Positions 9,493 through 19,353 of a stretch of DNA of 30,592 bases are shown here, piece by piece (the first letter of the stretch is position 1; every line of letters begins with the position of its first letter). The position numbers and the translations under genes are program-made. Location of the stretch: positions 1 through 30,592 of IMG/VR virus record IMGVR_UViG_3300051213_000220. One strand, written 5' to 3'. The notes beneath the pieces were generated by a model. The model had not been told where the DNA came from. It saw nothing but the letters and a program-made list of their open reading frames with translations, and did no database searches. The DNA is from a virus (Duplodnaviria > Caudoviricetes).

Positions 9493-9861
9493 ATGAAAAC
9501 AATAACAATAGCCAACACATCCATACCGATTAAATTTGGTATGTATGTGTTAGGTACATTTCTAAGGGAGAGGAAACTTAAATTAAGTGACCTTTCCCTT
9601 TTAGGAGAAGACCTTTTACTTGCCCTTGAACTTGCATTTACTGGTGTTGAGCATGGTTACAAAGCGAAGGGGGAGAAATGCCCTTACACTTTGCAATCTT
9701 TTTGCGACTTGGTAGATACAGACATGGGAGGAATAACTCGTATAATGGAAATGATATCAAATGAGATTTCACCACCAGAAGATGAGAGCCAAAAAAACGT
9801 AGTGGCGAAGGAGGAGAGCTTACCCTTGAGTACATCGAACGCTTTTGTTTCGGAGTTTTAA
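9493..9861 (+). CDS. Tail assembly chaperone (gpG-like)
   Basis: Lies between the tube and tape measure genes and contains a slippery heptamer at 9792-9798. Confidence 0.85.
   Translation: MKTITIANTSIPIKFGMYVLGTFLRERKLKLSDLSLLGEDLLLALELAFTGVEHGYKAKGEKCPYTLQSFCDLVDTDMGGITRIMEMISNEISPPEDESQKNVVAKEESLPLSTSNAFVSEF
9792..9798 (+). other. Programmed -1 frameshift site A AAA AAC
   Basis: In-frame X XXY YYZ heptamer. The -1 frame is open from 9792 through 10139. Confidence 0.85.
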
Positions 9862-10139
9862 GGTTTCCTCCTTCGCAATACTATGAAATGAGTTTAAAGG
9901 AAGTTGTTATAGCCATGCAAGGTTATAACAATCAATTTGAACAACAGGAGCAAACAGAGTGGGAAAGAATAAGATGGCAGACAACACTTTTACTAAATGT
10001 CCACACGGCAAAAGGAAAAAGTTTAAAGCCAAAAGATTTAATTGAATTTCCATGGGAGAATCCTATTAAGAAAGAAACTAACAGAAGTTTGACAAATAAC
10101 GACAAGTCAATATTTGACAAATGGGATAATGAAGCATAA
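9798..10139 (+). CDS. gpT-like second part of the frameshifted tail chaperone (fusion about 215 aa)
   Basis: The -1 frame reads RSGEGGELTLEYIERFCFGVLRFPPSQYYEMSLKE... and joins the 9888 ORF. Confidence 0.8.
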   Translation, partial: RSGEGGELTLEYIERFCFGVLRFPPSQYYEMSLKEVVIAMQGYNNQFEQQEQTEWERIRWQTTLLLNVHTAKGKSLKPKDLIEFPWENPIKKETNRSLTNNDKSIFDKWDNEA

Positions 10140-12215
10140 ATGGCAATAGGTAAACTACTTTTAAAACTTGGCATTGATACTACTAACCTTGACAAGGAGT
10201 TAGGAAAGGTAGAGAAGTCTATGACGAAGTTTGGACAAAATATGTCCAATCTTGGCTCTACCTTAACCCAGTCATTGACATTGCCTATTATCGGTGTTGG
10301 CGCTGCTGCTCTCAAATCCTTTGCTGACATGGAGAAGTTGGAGAATGGGTTAATAGCCATTATGGGAAGTAGTGAGGGAGCAGCAATAGAATTAGAAAAG
10401 TTACGCAAAGTAGCAGAGAATCCAGGCCTTGCCCTTCCCGAAGTTGTCAAAGCCTCTGCCTCCTTACAAAGTGTAGGGATGAATGCCGATGCTGCTCGTG
10501 AAACTATAACACAGTTTGGCAATGCCGTTGCCAGAGCCGGAGGTGGAGCGGAACAATTTGATGGAGTAGTGTTGGCACTATCACAGATAAGTGCAGTTGG
10601 CAAGGTTACACAGGAGGATCTTAATCAGATAAAGGAAAGATTACCAGAGTTTGCCAGAGTAATGAAAGAGGAGTTTGGAGTAGTGACTGCAGAAGGAATT
10701 AGAGAACTGGGAATAAGTAGCGAAGAATTTATACAAAGGTCGGTTGGTGCTTTAGGTAATTTGGAAAGAGCAAATGGAGGTTTAGCAAATACCTTTGATA
10801 ATTTAAAAGATAACGTAGGAGCATCATTAGCAGAACTTGGTAAAGCAATAAACGAAACATTAAATTTAGAGGCAGTTGCCGCAGCCTTGAGCGCAGGATT
10901 ACAAAGGTTAGTAGATGGATTTAAATCACTTAATCCGGAGACACAAGGCTTTATTGTAAAGGCTGGTTTATTAGTTGCAGCTTTAGGGCCTGCAATATTT
11001 ATAGTAGGTAAGTTAATATCTACCTTTGGAGCATTAATAGGTACTACTCGTTTAATAATGACAACAGTTAAAAATTTATCTACGGTTATATCCGGTGCCT
11101 TCGCCAAAATACTTGCTAATCCCGCTATACTTGGTGTTACTTTAGCTATTGCCGCAGTTGGTGCGATTGCCTTATATGTTTACGATAACTGGCAAGCATT
11201 TAGTGATAGATTTAAAAATATTTGGATAAATATAAAGAACTCCGTTATGCAAGGAGTTACTTTTGTTTTAGGTAAATTAGATAGTTTACAAAAAGCATTA
11301 GGTTTAGATTTATTTGATTTGTCAGGCATGACAAAGTACCAGGAAGAACAAAGAGTAGTTGCAGCGGAGTTTAAAACCATAGGTGAAACAGTTGACAGTC
11401 TTAAAGGCAAGTTTAAAAGCCTATTCATGGCTGCACCTGGCAAAGGTGGAGGTGGAGGTGGAACAGAAGGTACAGGTGAATTAGTGTTTGGTGATGGTGG
11501 CGCACCGACAGGAGGAGGAACGGGAGGAGTACCAAGTGCAACTCCAGTTGCTGCTATTACTGCACAATCAACAGGTATAACAAATATGTTACCTACTTTA
11601 GATTTATTAGCAATAAAATTAAATACAGCATCTGCAAGTAACGAAAGATTAAAACAGACAAATGAGGATGTTAAAAATTCTTTTGTAGGTGTTGAAACAC
11701 AAATGATGAGTTTTGGAAATACTGTAACAAGTGCTTTAATTGCAGCTGCAGATGCTTTTTCAAGTTTAGCCGTGCAAGGTGAGACTGATATGAAAAAATT
11801 AGGTAGTGCTGCAATGCAAGCTGCAAGAATGATAATATCATCTTATATTAAAGAAGGTGTTGCAGGTATTATAAAAGGTATCTTATCTGGTCCTTTAGGT
11901 AAAGCATTAGGTCCTGGTGCTATTGCTGTTGCTGGTGCTGCTGGTGCCGGTGCAGCAGTATTATTTAATACTATGCTTAATAAGGTTGCTCCTCCTAAAC
12001 TTGCACAAGGTGGTCTTGCCTACGGCCCTACTATGGCAACGGTGGGAGATAACAGAAACGCAAGAGTTGACCCAGAAGTTATTGCACCTTTATCAAAGCT
12101 AAAATCAATGATGGGAGACATGGGAGTAGGTGGCACATTGGAGACAAGGATAAGCGGCAATGATTTGATTATATTACTTAACAGGTCACAGAAAGGTCTT
12201 AACAGAGTACAATAA
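10140..12215 (+). CDS. Tape measure protein (691 aa)
   Basis: Ala/Gly-rich helical protein with ALSQISAVGKVTQEDLNQIKERLP tape-measure domain, hydrophobic central segments and C-terminal LAQGGLAYGPT...PEVIAPL. Confidence 0.95.
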   Translation: MAIGKLLLKLGIDTTNLDKELGKVEKSMTKFGQNMSNLGSTLTQSLTLPIIGVGAAALKSFADMEKLENGLIAIMGSSEGAAIELEKLRKVAENPGLALPEVVKASASLQSVGMNADAARETITQFGNAVARAGGGAEQFDGVVLALSQISAVGKVTQEDLNQIKERLPEFARVMKEEFGVVTAEGIRELGISSEEFIQRSVGALGNLERANGGLANTFDNLKDNVGASLAELGKAINETLNLEAVAAALSAGLQRLVDGFKSLNPETQGFIVKAGLLVAALGPAIFIVGKLISTFGALIGTTRLIMTTVKNLSTVISGAFAKILANPAILGVTLAIAAVGAIALYVYDNWQAFSDRFKNIWINIKNSVMQGVTFVLGKLDSLQKALGLDLFDLSGMTKYQEEQRVVAAEFKTIGETVDSLKGKFKSLFMAAPGKGGGGGGTEGTGELVFGDGGAPTGGGTGGVPSATPVAAITAQSTGITNMLPTLDLLAIKLNTASASNERLKQTNEDVKNSFVGVETQMMSFGNTVTSALIAAADAFSSLAVQGETDMKKLGSAAMQAARMIISSYIKEGVAGIIKGILSGPLGKALGPGAIAVAGAAGAGAAVLFNTMLNKVAPPKLAQGGLAYGPTMATVGDNRNARVDPEVIAPLSKLKSMMGDMGVGGTLETRISGNDLIILLNRSQKGLNRVQ

Positions 12216-14443
12216 TGGCAGCAAGGTTTCAAACAACGGTTTATAACGAAAAAGGCAGGAAGATAGTAGTTGCTATTAAAGACAAAGTCTTTTCCGGTAT
12301 GACTTATGATTTTGATACTATTGGTTTGCAGCTTCAATATGACAGTGAAAGTCAGCAAGGGCAGGAAAGGTTTACTCCTATCATTGGCTCACGTTGTTCT
12401 TTGTCTTTACTTATAAATAATAATGATCTTCAAACCTTGCTCCTTGACATTGGCTTGGCAGTTGAGGGAAGGTTTACAATGGAGCTGACTGCCTACCAGG
12501 ATGATAACACAACAGTATCATTTAAATGGTATGGCTATATAGTAACAGATTTAGTAGAGTTTGAAGACATACCATTGTCTATAGGTTACCAGGCGCAGAT
12601 ATCTGCCATTGATGGATTAGGATGGCTAAAGACTTTAGATTACAAAAGTGCGGTTGGGCCATATAATGGGCAGGACACAGTTGTGCAACATATTTTAAAC
12701 TGTCTTAATCAGTTGGATTTTGTCCAAGAGAATCTTGTGGCAAATAGTTTGCCTGTATTACATACTATTTTTAACTGGCATGAAAGCACATTAACATATA
12801 GTGCTAACAATGATTTTGCTTTAAAAACTGCAATACAGCATAGAGCATTTTATCACATTGATACAAAGAAAAATTATACTTACCAAAGTTGCTATGATGT
12901 AATTAAAAAGATATGTCAAGCACTTGGTGCAAGAATATTGTTTAGTGGTAGTCAATATTGGTTTATTCAGATTAATCAATATGCCAACAATCCTGCATCA
13001 TTACGTTACTTTAAATACAGTGCTTTAGGTGTACAAACATCTGGCACATTTACCGATGACTTTACTTTGTCTAATATACAAGGCAATTTAGGAAGTAGTG
13101 ATTTAATGCGATTAAGCGGAGGTAAATGGACATACTACTCTGCTTTAAAAAATGCTTTAGTAAGGTATAATCATAATGCTAAAAAGAATTTAATGCCTGG
13201 TGTAGTTTATAACTACATTACAAATACAGATCCTGTTATAGTTAGAACAGATACTTTAGATAGTACAAACAATGAGGCTAAATTAAGCTATACAGGAATG
13301 TTATATCAAAGGTCTATTTGGTCAACTGGTGGCGGTTTTGTGCCTCATATTTTTGTATATGCCGTAAAGGTTGCATCTATTATAGATTACATTCCATTGA
13401 TGGGTTTCAACATCTTACAAACATGGACACTTGGAAGTGGTTGGAGTATATTAAATGGTAGTTTATTTGCTACAACAGTTACAGGAGTAGTTGAATGGAC
13501 AGGCAGCGCAGTTGTAGCTAATAGATATTATTATGTTACAATAAAAGTTGGTTCTTTGCAGCAAGGTGAATTAAGGTTGCGCATCGGTGGAGTAACTAAA
13601 ACAATAACTACTGAAGGTGATTATGAGTATAAAATTTATACAACAAATACTGATGCTTTTAAATTAGATTCTATATCAGCTTTAAAATTTACTGGAGTTA
13701 TAGATAATCTTCAAGTTAAGCAAGAAAATAAATATTTAAAGAGACCAGTTACTTTTACTAATGGTTTTAATTATCAGTTAGGTGCTGCCAGTTGGGAAAG
13801 TAGCTTTTATGAGTGGGAATTTGTTACAGATATTATAAATTTAGATGGCACTGAAATAAATAATAAAACTATTTCATTTGACACTTTAGCTATTCCGGAG
13901 ACAGGAGAGTATGTCTGGGAGATGCGTCTAAAAGAAGTCAGAGATGAAAGTGGCACAGATATAAAAGCAGATTATGCCATTGAATATTATCTAACTAATA
14001 ATTATTTAGAATTTCTGCCAGATGGCACTATACAAGGTCAATCAGATTTAAAAGAATTTGCAAGTGATAATGATGACAAATCTTCTGTTGTCTGCAATCT
14101 TGATACATACCTTGGCGATGGGCCTTCTGCCACTACTACTGGTGGACTAAGAATATTAAATGCGTCAAATGTTTACGAACCATCCGACGCATGGAAAATA
14201 GGTAACACTGGCACCGCTAAAAATATTAGTCAATTATTAGTAAACGAGATCATCCGAGGACAACTCACACCAAAGCTCCGCATGGTAGATATGCCATTCC
14301 AAAATCTTTCAGTTGACAATCCCTACCTTCCTCACAAGGTCATAGAATATTCCTCTGGATATTACGTTTTTGAAAGAGGTAGTTTAGATTTAAAAACAGA
14401 GATTTGGCAAGGTGATTACTTTAAAATAGAACTTGATGCCTAA
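12215..14443 (+). CDS. Tail tip / hub-like protein with internal beta-sandwich insert
   Basis: Follows the TMP. WYGYI, SAIDGLGWLK and CYDVIKKICQALGARI pattern. Beta-rich. Confidence 0.7.
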   Translation: MAARFQTTVYNEKGRKIVVAIKDKVFSGMTYDFDTIGLQLQYDSESQQGQERFTPIIGSRCSLSLLINNNDLQTLLLDIGLAVEGRFTMELTAYQDDNTTVSFKWYGYIVTDLVEFEDIPLSIGYQAQISAIDGLGWLKTLDYKSAVGPYNGQDTVVQHILNCLNQLDFVQENLVANSLPVLHTIFNWHESTLTYSANNDFALKTAIQHRAFYHIDTKKNYTYQSCYDVIKKICQALGARILFSGSQYWFIQINQYANNPASLRYFKYSALGVQTSGTFTDDFTLSNIQGNLGSSDLMRLSGGKWTYYSALKNALVRYNHNAKKNLMPGVVYNYITNTDPVIVRTDTLDSTNNEAKLSYTGMLYQRSIWSTGGGFVPHIFVYAVKVASIIDYIPLMGFNILQTWTLGSGWSILNGSLFATTVTGVVEWTGSAVVANRYYYVTIKVGSLQQGELRLRIGGVTKTITTEGDYEYKIYTTNTDAFKLDSISALKFTGVIDNLQVKQENKYLKRPVTFTNGFNYQLGAASWESSFYEWEFVTDIINLDGTEINNKTISFDTLAIPETGEYVWEMRLKEVRDESGTDIKADYAIEYYLTNNYLEFLPDGTIQGQSDLKEFASDNDDKSSVVCNLDTYLGDGPSATTTGGLRILNASNVYEPSDAWKIGNTGTAKNISQLLVNEIIRGQLTPKLRMVDMPFQNLSVDNPYLPHKVIEYSSGYYVFERGSLDLKTEIWQGDYFKIELDA

Positions 14444-14807
14444 CTATACAGAAAGAACAGTTTTATCCAAGCCTCGTGACTTTAACCAGGTTGCAAACAA
14501 TGCTGGAAGTGGTGGAGTGGTGAATAATAATGTCACAGAAACAATAAACAATGTGACAGTTAATGGCTCTGCCGTTTCTATCTTTAATCAAGAATTTCTT
14601 GCAACTTCCTCCAATGTTTTAACCTGGACACAGAACAATGGCACATTGCCAGTTACTAACTTAAATGCCTCTGTTCATGTGTATCAGAATGGGCAGAAAT
14701 TAATAGATAGTCAATATAGTATCACGGCACCTGCCACTATCACAATAGATGCTAACACACATTACGATGGCAGTAATTATATTGTCTTTGCAATCAACAT
14801 AATATAA
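14436..14807 (+). CDS. Small tail-associated protein (one QEF-LTWT-NGQ domain)
   Basis: ATG 14436 preferred over TTG 14433. Its domain recurs twice in the next gene. Confidence 0.7.
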   Translation: MPNYTERTVLSKPRDFNQVANNAGSGGVVNNNVTETINNVTVNGSAVSIFNQEFLATSSNVLTWTQNNGTLPVTNLNASVHVYQNGQKLIDSQYSITAPATITIDANTHYDGSNYIVFAINII

Positions 14808-17800
14808 TGGAAGAGATAAAAGCACCGAAGAAAGAAAGAAAGTTTTTAAAAGCTATGGGTGACATTGCCCTGACCTTGTTCCGTGAGCTTGTTCTTGGCA
14901 TCGGGAAAAAGGTTATTAATAAAATAGGTAACAAACGGCAAGGCCTTGTCATTGCCCTTGTCATGGTTGCAGGTGTTTCTTACGCTGCCATTGATTCTAT
15001 TCCCTATCCAATTACAGGCAATAAGCAAAGATTAGGCTGGCAGACCAGTGGCAATGGCTTGGTGTGGAGAGGCACTGACGCAGACACTGTGACAAAACCT
15101 ACAAGCTATGCAGATAAAAATATTAAGGCTTATCTTATCCTTGACTCTGTTAGTGGCTCTTTATATGTTTTTAAGCAAGGTGCCTGGGCAGCTATAAGTG
15201 GTGTAGGAGGATTTGAACAGCCTATTGACTCATTATTCTTTGATACAAGTGTTCCGAGTAATAATGTTGACACTGCTAAAATGCGGTGGGATAGTGAGTT
15301 AGGAACGGTTGTTTTAGGAATGTACGATCAAGTGCCTAATGAACTTGGCTTTAAAAACTTTTGGTTAGTAAAAAATCAAACTGGCTCAACCATTACAAAA
15401 GGTAGTATAGTGTATGCCAATGGCACGGTTGGTGCAAGTGGAAGGATAACTATTGATAAATTTATAGCTGATGGCTCAATAGATGCAAAATATTTAATTG
15501 GAATTACAGCTCACGATTTGACAAATGGAGAAGATGGTTACGTTATATCATTTGGTAAAATAAGACAAGTTAACACCGATACTTTTGCGGCTGGTGCAAT
15601 CCTTTATCCTTCTCCAACAGTGGCAGGTGTTTGGACAGATGTAGAGCCAGTTGCTCCAAACATTGATATGCCAATTGGCTTTTGTATTAATTCATCGTCA
15701 AACAATGGAACAATAGCTATAAGAGTAGCATCCGGATATGATTTGTCAGAGCTTCATGATGTTGCTATTACTTCACCAGTTGACAAGGCTTCTTTGTATT
15801 ACTCTGGTGGATTATGGAGAGATACAACGGCAACACTTTTAGTAAGTGATACTGCCGCTATGCTTTCTAACTACGCTACCAAAGCCTATGCAGATACAAC
15901 AGGTAGATTTTATGCAAGGCAAGAATTTAGAAGTGTATCTTCAAGCACTCTGACATGGACACAGACAGATACTTTAATCGTAAATGATACGACCTCACTA
16001 CAAGTATATAGGAATGGTCAAATACTTTTGCCTAATCAATACACTGTACCAACATCTACAAGTGTAGTGATTGCATCAACATCATATAAAGCAGGTGAAA
16101 ATTATACAGTCATTCTGCCTCGTGGAGGTGGAGGTGGTGGCAGTGGATCGGGCAGCCTTACATCTATCTCCGGTGGCACTGGCATAACAGTTAGCCCTAA
16201 TCCAATTACTACCACAGGCACAGTCTCCGCAGACCTCACTGTATTAATGGAATTGACAGATACTACTTTGCTTAACCTTACTACAAGGTTTGCAACAAAG
16301 CAGAATAACATAACATTAACTACTACCGGTACAAGTGGAGCATCTACTTTAATAGGCTCTACTTTAAACATACCACAGTACACAGGAGGCAGTGGCACAG
16401 TTACCAGTGTAGGCAGTGGCTATGGATTACTTGGTGGGCCTATAACTACAACAGGTACATTAAGAGTAGATACCTCCACAGTCTACGACTTTGTCAGAGA
16501 TAGCATTGTAGCAGTGGAGATTGGAGGAGATACAATAAAAATACTAAAACAAGAATATACACCAGCTTTAACAGATACATTAACCTGGACAGTGACAAGT
16601 AAATTTCCTATTCAACTCAGACAGTTTATCCTCCTTTTCCGAAATGGACAGTTATTACTAAATGACCAATTCTCTATCATTGACACAAACAAGGTAAAGG
16701 TAGCAGCATCATCTTTTAAACTTGGCGAAAACTACACCTTAGTCACAGTATCCGGCATCGGCTCTGTTTCCTCTGGACAAGGCAATCCAGTTTATCCAGA
16801 GGCAGGCATAGCTTTAAGCACAGGCACAACATGGACAACAAGCATTACAAATAATAGTAGTAATTGGAACACAGCCTATACAGATAGATTAAAATGGGAT
16901 GGAGGAAGTACTGGACTTGTAGCAGCGACAGGGCGAACAAGTTTAGGAGGGACAACGATAGGGCAATCTATGTTTACCTTGACCAATCCTTCTGCCATTA
17001 CCTTCCCTCGCTTCAACGCTGACAACACAGTTGATGCCAGGAGTGCTGCTAATTTTCGGAGTGACATCGGAGCAGGTACAGTAACAAGTGTAACGGCATC
17101 GGGCACAGCTGGGAATCCAATATCTATAACAAATACTACGACTACACCTATAATAGAATTGTTAAGTGCTACAACGGGAAGGAATGGGTATTTAACATCC
17201 ACAGATTGGACAACCTTTAATAATAAAGGTAATGGTACAGTGACAAGTGTAAGTGGAACAGGAGCAATATCAGTTGCAACAGGTACAACTACACCTGTTA
17301 TAAGTGTGGCAGATGCAGCATTTGGAACGGCTGGTATAGTTACCTCATCTGGTACACAACAATTTAGCGGAGATAAAGTATTTGAAGGTATAACTCAATT
17401 TAACGCAAGAGCAGTATTTAAAGATTACACCTACACAGCAACAAGGCTTGGAGGCTTATCTTCCACAGATAGATTTGCCACAGTTACAATAGGTACAGGA
17501 TTATCTTTGTCAAGCGGCACATTGAGTGCAACGGGAGGCGGTGTTACAAGTGTTACAGCTTCATCTCCATTATCATCATCTGGAGGTGCTACACCTAATA
17601 TTACTATTACAGATGCAGGTGCTGCAGCATCGGGAGTAGTAAACACAACTACTCAAAGTTTTGCTGGTAATAAAACATTTACAGGTAATGTAGATATATC
17701 TACTGGCACTTTAAATGTTGGTTCAACAGGTACATTTGGAGGTAGAGTAAAAACTAATTGGTTGGAACGTAATTACGCATATTCTACAAGTTCATCATTT

Positions 17801-18073
17801 ACAGTAAGTGTAAATACTACATGGCAGGATATAAATACAAGTGTTTTAACAACATTAACACTTCCGAATGCTGCAACTTATCCTGGCAAGGAATTACATC
17901 TAAGACAAACAGGTACGGGAAATTTACAATCAGCTTCATCAAATATTATTCCTTTTACATCAGCTCCTACTGGAAGCCCTGTTACATCAATTTTAAATCC
18001 AACAAATAACAAAGCTGTAACACTTGTTAGTGATGGTACAAATTGGATAATAATGCAAAGAAGTACCAATTAA
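14807..18073 (+). CDS. Long fibre-like protein (1088 aa) with N-terminal signal/anchor segment
   Basis: Thr/Gly/Ser-rich with GTVTSV repeats and QxFxGxKTF fibre motifs. Basic N-region followed by hydrophobic GLVIALVMVAGVSYA. Confidence 0.8.
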   Translation: MEEIKAPKKERKFLKAMGDIALTLFRELVLGIGKKVINKIGNKRQGLVIALVMVAGVSYAAIDSIPYPITGNKQRLGWQTSGNGLVWRGTDADTVTKPTSYADKNIKAYLILDSVSGSLYVFKQGAWAAISGVGGFEQPIDSLFFDTSVPSNNVDTAKMRWDSELGTVVLGMYDQVPNELGFKNFWLVKNQTGSTITKGSIVYANGTVGASGRITIDKFIADGSIDAKYLIGITAHDLTNGEDGYVISFGKIRQVNTDTFAAGAILYPSPTVAGVWTDVEPVAPNIDMPIGFCINSSSNNGTIAIRVASGYDLSELHDVAITSPVDKASLYYSGGLWRDTTATLLVSDTAAMLSNYATKAYADTTGRFYARQEFRSVSSSTLTWTQTDTLIVNDTTSLQVYRNGQILLPNQYTVPTSTSVVIASTSYKAGENYTVILPRGGGGGGSGSGSLTSISGGTGITVSPNPITTTGTVSADLTVLMELTDTTLLNLTTRFATKQNNITLTTTGTSGASTLIGSTLNIPQYTGGSGTVTSVGSGYGLLGGPITTTGTLRVDTSTVYDFVRDSIVAVEIGGDTIKILKQEYTPALTDTLTWTVTSKFPIQLRQFILLFRNGQLLLNDQFSIIDTNKVKVAASSFKLGENYTLVTVSGIGSVSSGQGNPVYPEAGIALSTGTTWTTSITNNSSNWNTAYTDRLKWDGGSTGLVAATGRTSLGGTTIGQSMFTLTNPSAITFPRFNADNTVDARSAANFRSDIGAGTVTSVTASGTAGNPISITNTTTTPIIELLSATTGRNGYLTSTDWTTFNNKGNGTVTSVSGTGAISVATGTTTPVISVADAAFGTAGIVTSSGTQQFSGDKVFEGITQFNARAVFKDYTYTATRLGGLSSTDRFATVTIGTGLSLSSGTLSATGGGVTSVTASSPLSSSGGATPNITITDAGAAASGVVNTTTQSFAGNKTFTGNVDISTGTLNVGSTGTFGGRVKTNWLERNYAYSTSSSFTVSVNTTWQDINTSVLTTLTLPNAATYPGKELHLRQTGTGNLQSASSNIIPFTSAPTGSPVTSILNPTNNKAVTLVSDGTNWIIMQRSTN

Positions 18074-18092
18074 TTAAACTAAAAACATAAAC

Positions 18093-19352
18093 ATGAAACA
18101 ACTCCTTTTCCTCCTCCTTTTCCCTTGCCTTGCCTTGGCACAGTACACGGGCAACGGTAACCAAAAGATAACACTTGGTGAACAGACGACTGCTGATGGG
18201 CTGGTGTTCCGAGGCGTGGCATCCATTGACACAGTCACGGCAACAAGTAAAATTACACGGGCAAACAAACAGGATACAAGTGCATTCCTTTTGCTTGATA
18301 CAACTACAAATTTGCTATGGCATTATAAAACGGCAAGTAATGGATGGATACAAGCAGGTGGTGGTGTATCGGTTTCCTCATTCAGCGCGGGAACAACAGG
18401 ATTAACGCCATCGACGGCAACAACGGGCGCGGTAACATTGGGCGGTACATTGGCGGTGGCAAATGGGGGAACGGGGCAAAGTACCTTGGCAGCGGCTGGG
18501 ATAAATACAGGAAGTGGCACATTAAATTATTTGCCAAAATACACATCAACGGGTACAACCTTTGGGAATAGTTTAATTTTTGACAATGGAAGCAGTGTAG
18601 GAATTGGAACTGCATCACCGACCGCTGGTAATCAATTACAATTAACTGGAACTAATGCAAGATTAATAATGCTAAATACTTCTGGAAATACTTCGAATTA
18701 TTCTCAATTATCATTTGGAAATGGTACAGCTAATGGTCAATATGCTGAAATGATACGTTACAATAATACAAAACAATTTAGTATATTTAATGGTGGTGGT
18801 GATATATTTTTTTCTACTAATTATGTAAGTGATTACAGATATGACCTTTTTATTGAAACAGACAACGGCAACGTCGGCATTGGAACGGCAAGTCCATTAT
18901 CTAAATTAAATGTTATGGGGACTGTCAGAATAAATTCCGCAGCTGCACCAGATGCAAATTATTATTTACAATTAGAAAATAGCGCATCGCAAAAAGCTAA
19001 AGCAAACGCATGGGACACTTATTCAGACAAAAGAATTAAAACTGACATTCAACCAATATTCAATGCTATTGACAAAGTAAATTTATTAAATCCTGTTTAT
19101 TATCAAAAGCATGATAGTTACGTTGAAAATGATTTTTTAAATATTGATTTTGATAGTAGTGTTAAATCATTAGGTTTTATTGCACAGGAAGTTTACAACA
19201 TTATTCCCGAAGCGGTAAACACAGGAACAACAAATGAACTTTGGGCGATGGATTATACTAAAATTATCCCCATCCTTACTAAAGCCATACAAGAACAAAA
19301 CGCATTAATCAAAGCACTTGAACAAAGAATTTTAATCCTCGAAAACAAATAA
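18093..19352 (+). CDS. Fibre-like protein with signal peptide and C-terminal intramolecular chaperone (peptidase S74-like)
   Basis: MKQLLFLLLFPCLALA|Q start, VGIGTASP repeats, SDKRIKTDI...GFIAQEV...DYTKIIPILTKAIQE plus coiled coil. Confidence 0.88.
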   Translation: MKQLLFLLLFPCLALAQYTGNGNQKITLGEQTTADGLVFRGVASIDTVTATSKITRANKQDTSAFLLLDTTTNLLWHYKTASNGWIQAGGGVSVSSFSAGTTGLTPSTATTGAVTLGGTLAVANGGTGQSTLAAAGINTGSGTLNYLPKYTSTGTTFGNSLIFDNGSSVGIGTASPTAGNQLQLTGTNARLIMLNTSGNTSNYSQLSFGNGTANGQYAEMIRYNNTKQFSIFNGGGDIFFSTNYVSDYRYDLFIETDNGNVGIGTASPLSKLNVMGTVRINSAAAPDANYYLQLENSASQKAKANAWDTYSDKRIKTDIQPIFNAIDKVNLLNPVYYQKHDSYVENDFLNIDFDSSVKSLGFIAQEVYNIIPEAVNTGTTNELWAMDYTKIIPILTKAIQEQNALIKALEQRILILENK

Positions 19353-19353
19353 C

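Noticed and set aside
9932-12358. Long antisense ORFs over the tape measure gene, and similar ones over terL, protease and fibre genes
   Set aside because: Shadow frames of strongly supported + strand genes, with no motifs or start context.
16120-17600. GGT/GGA and GTVTSV-coding repeats as DNA repeat elements
   Set aside because: Degenerate at the DNA level and fully explained by fibre protein repeats.
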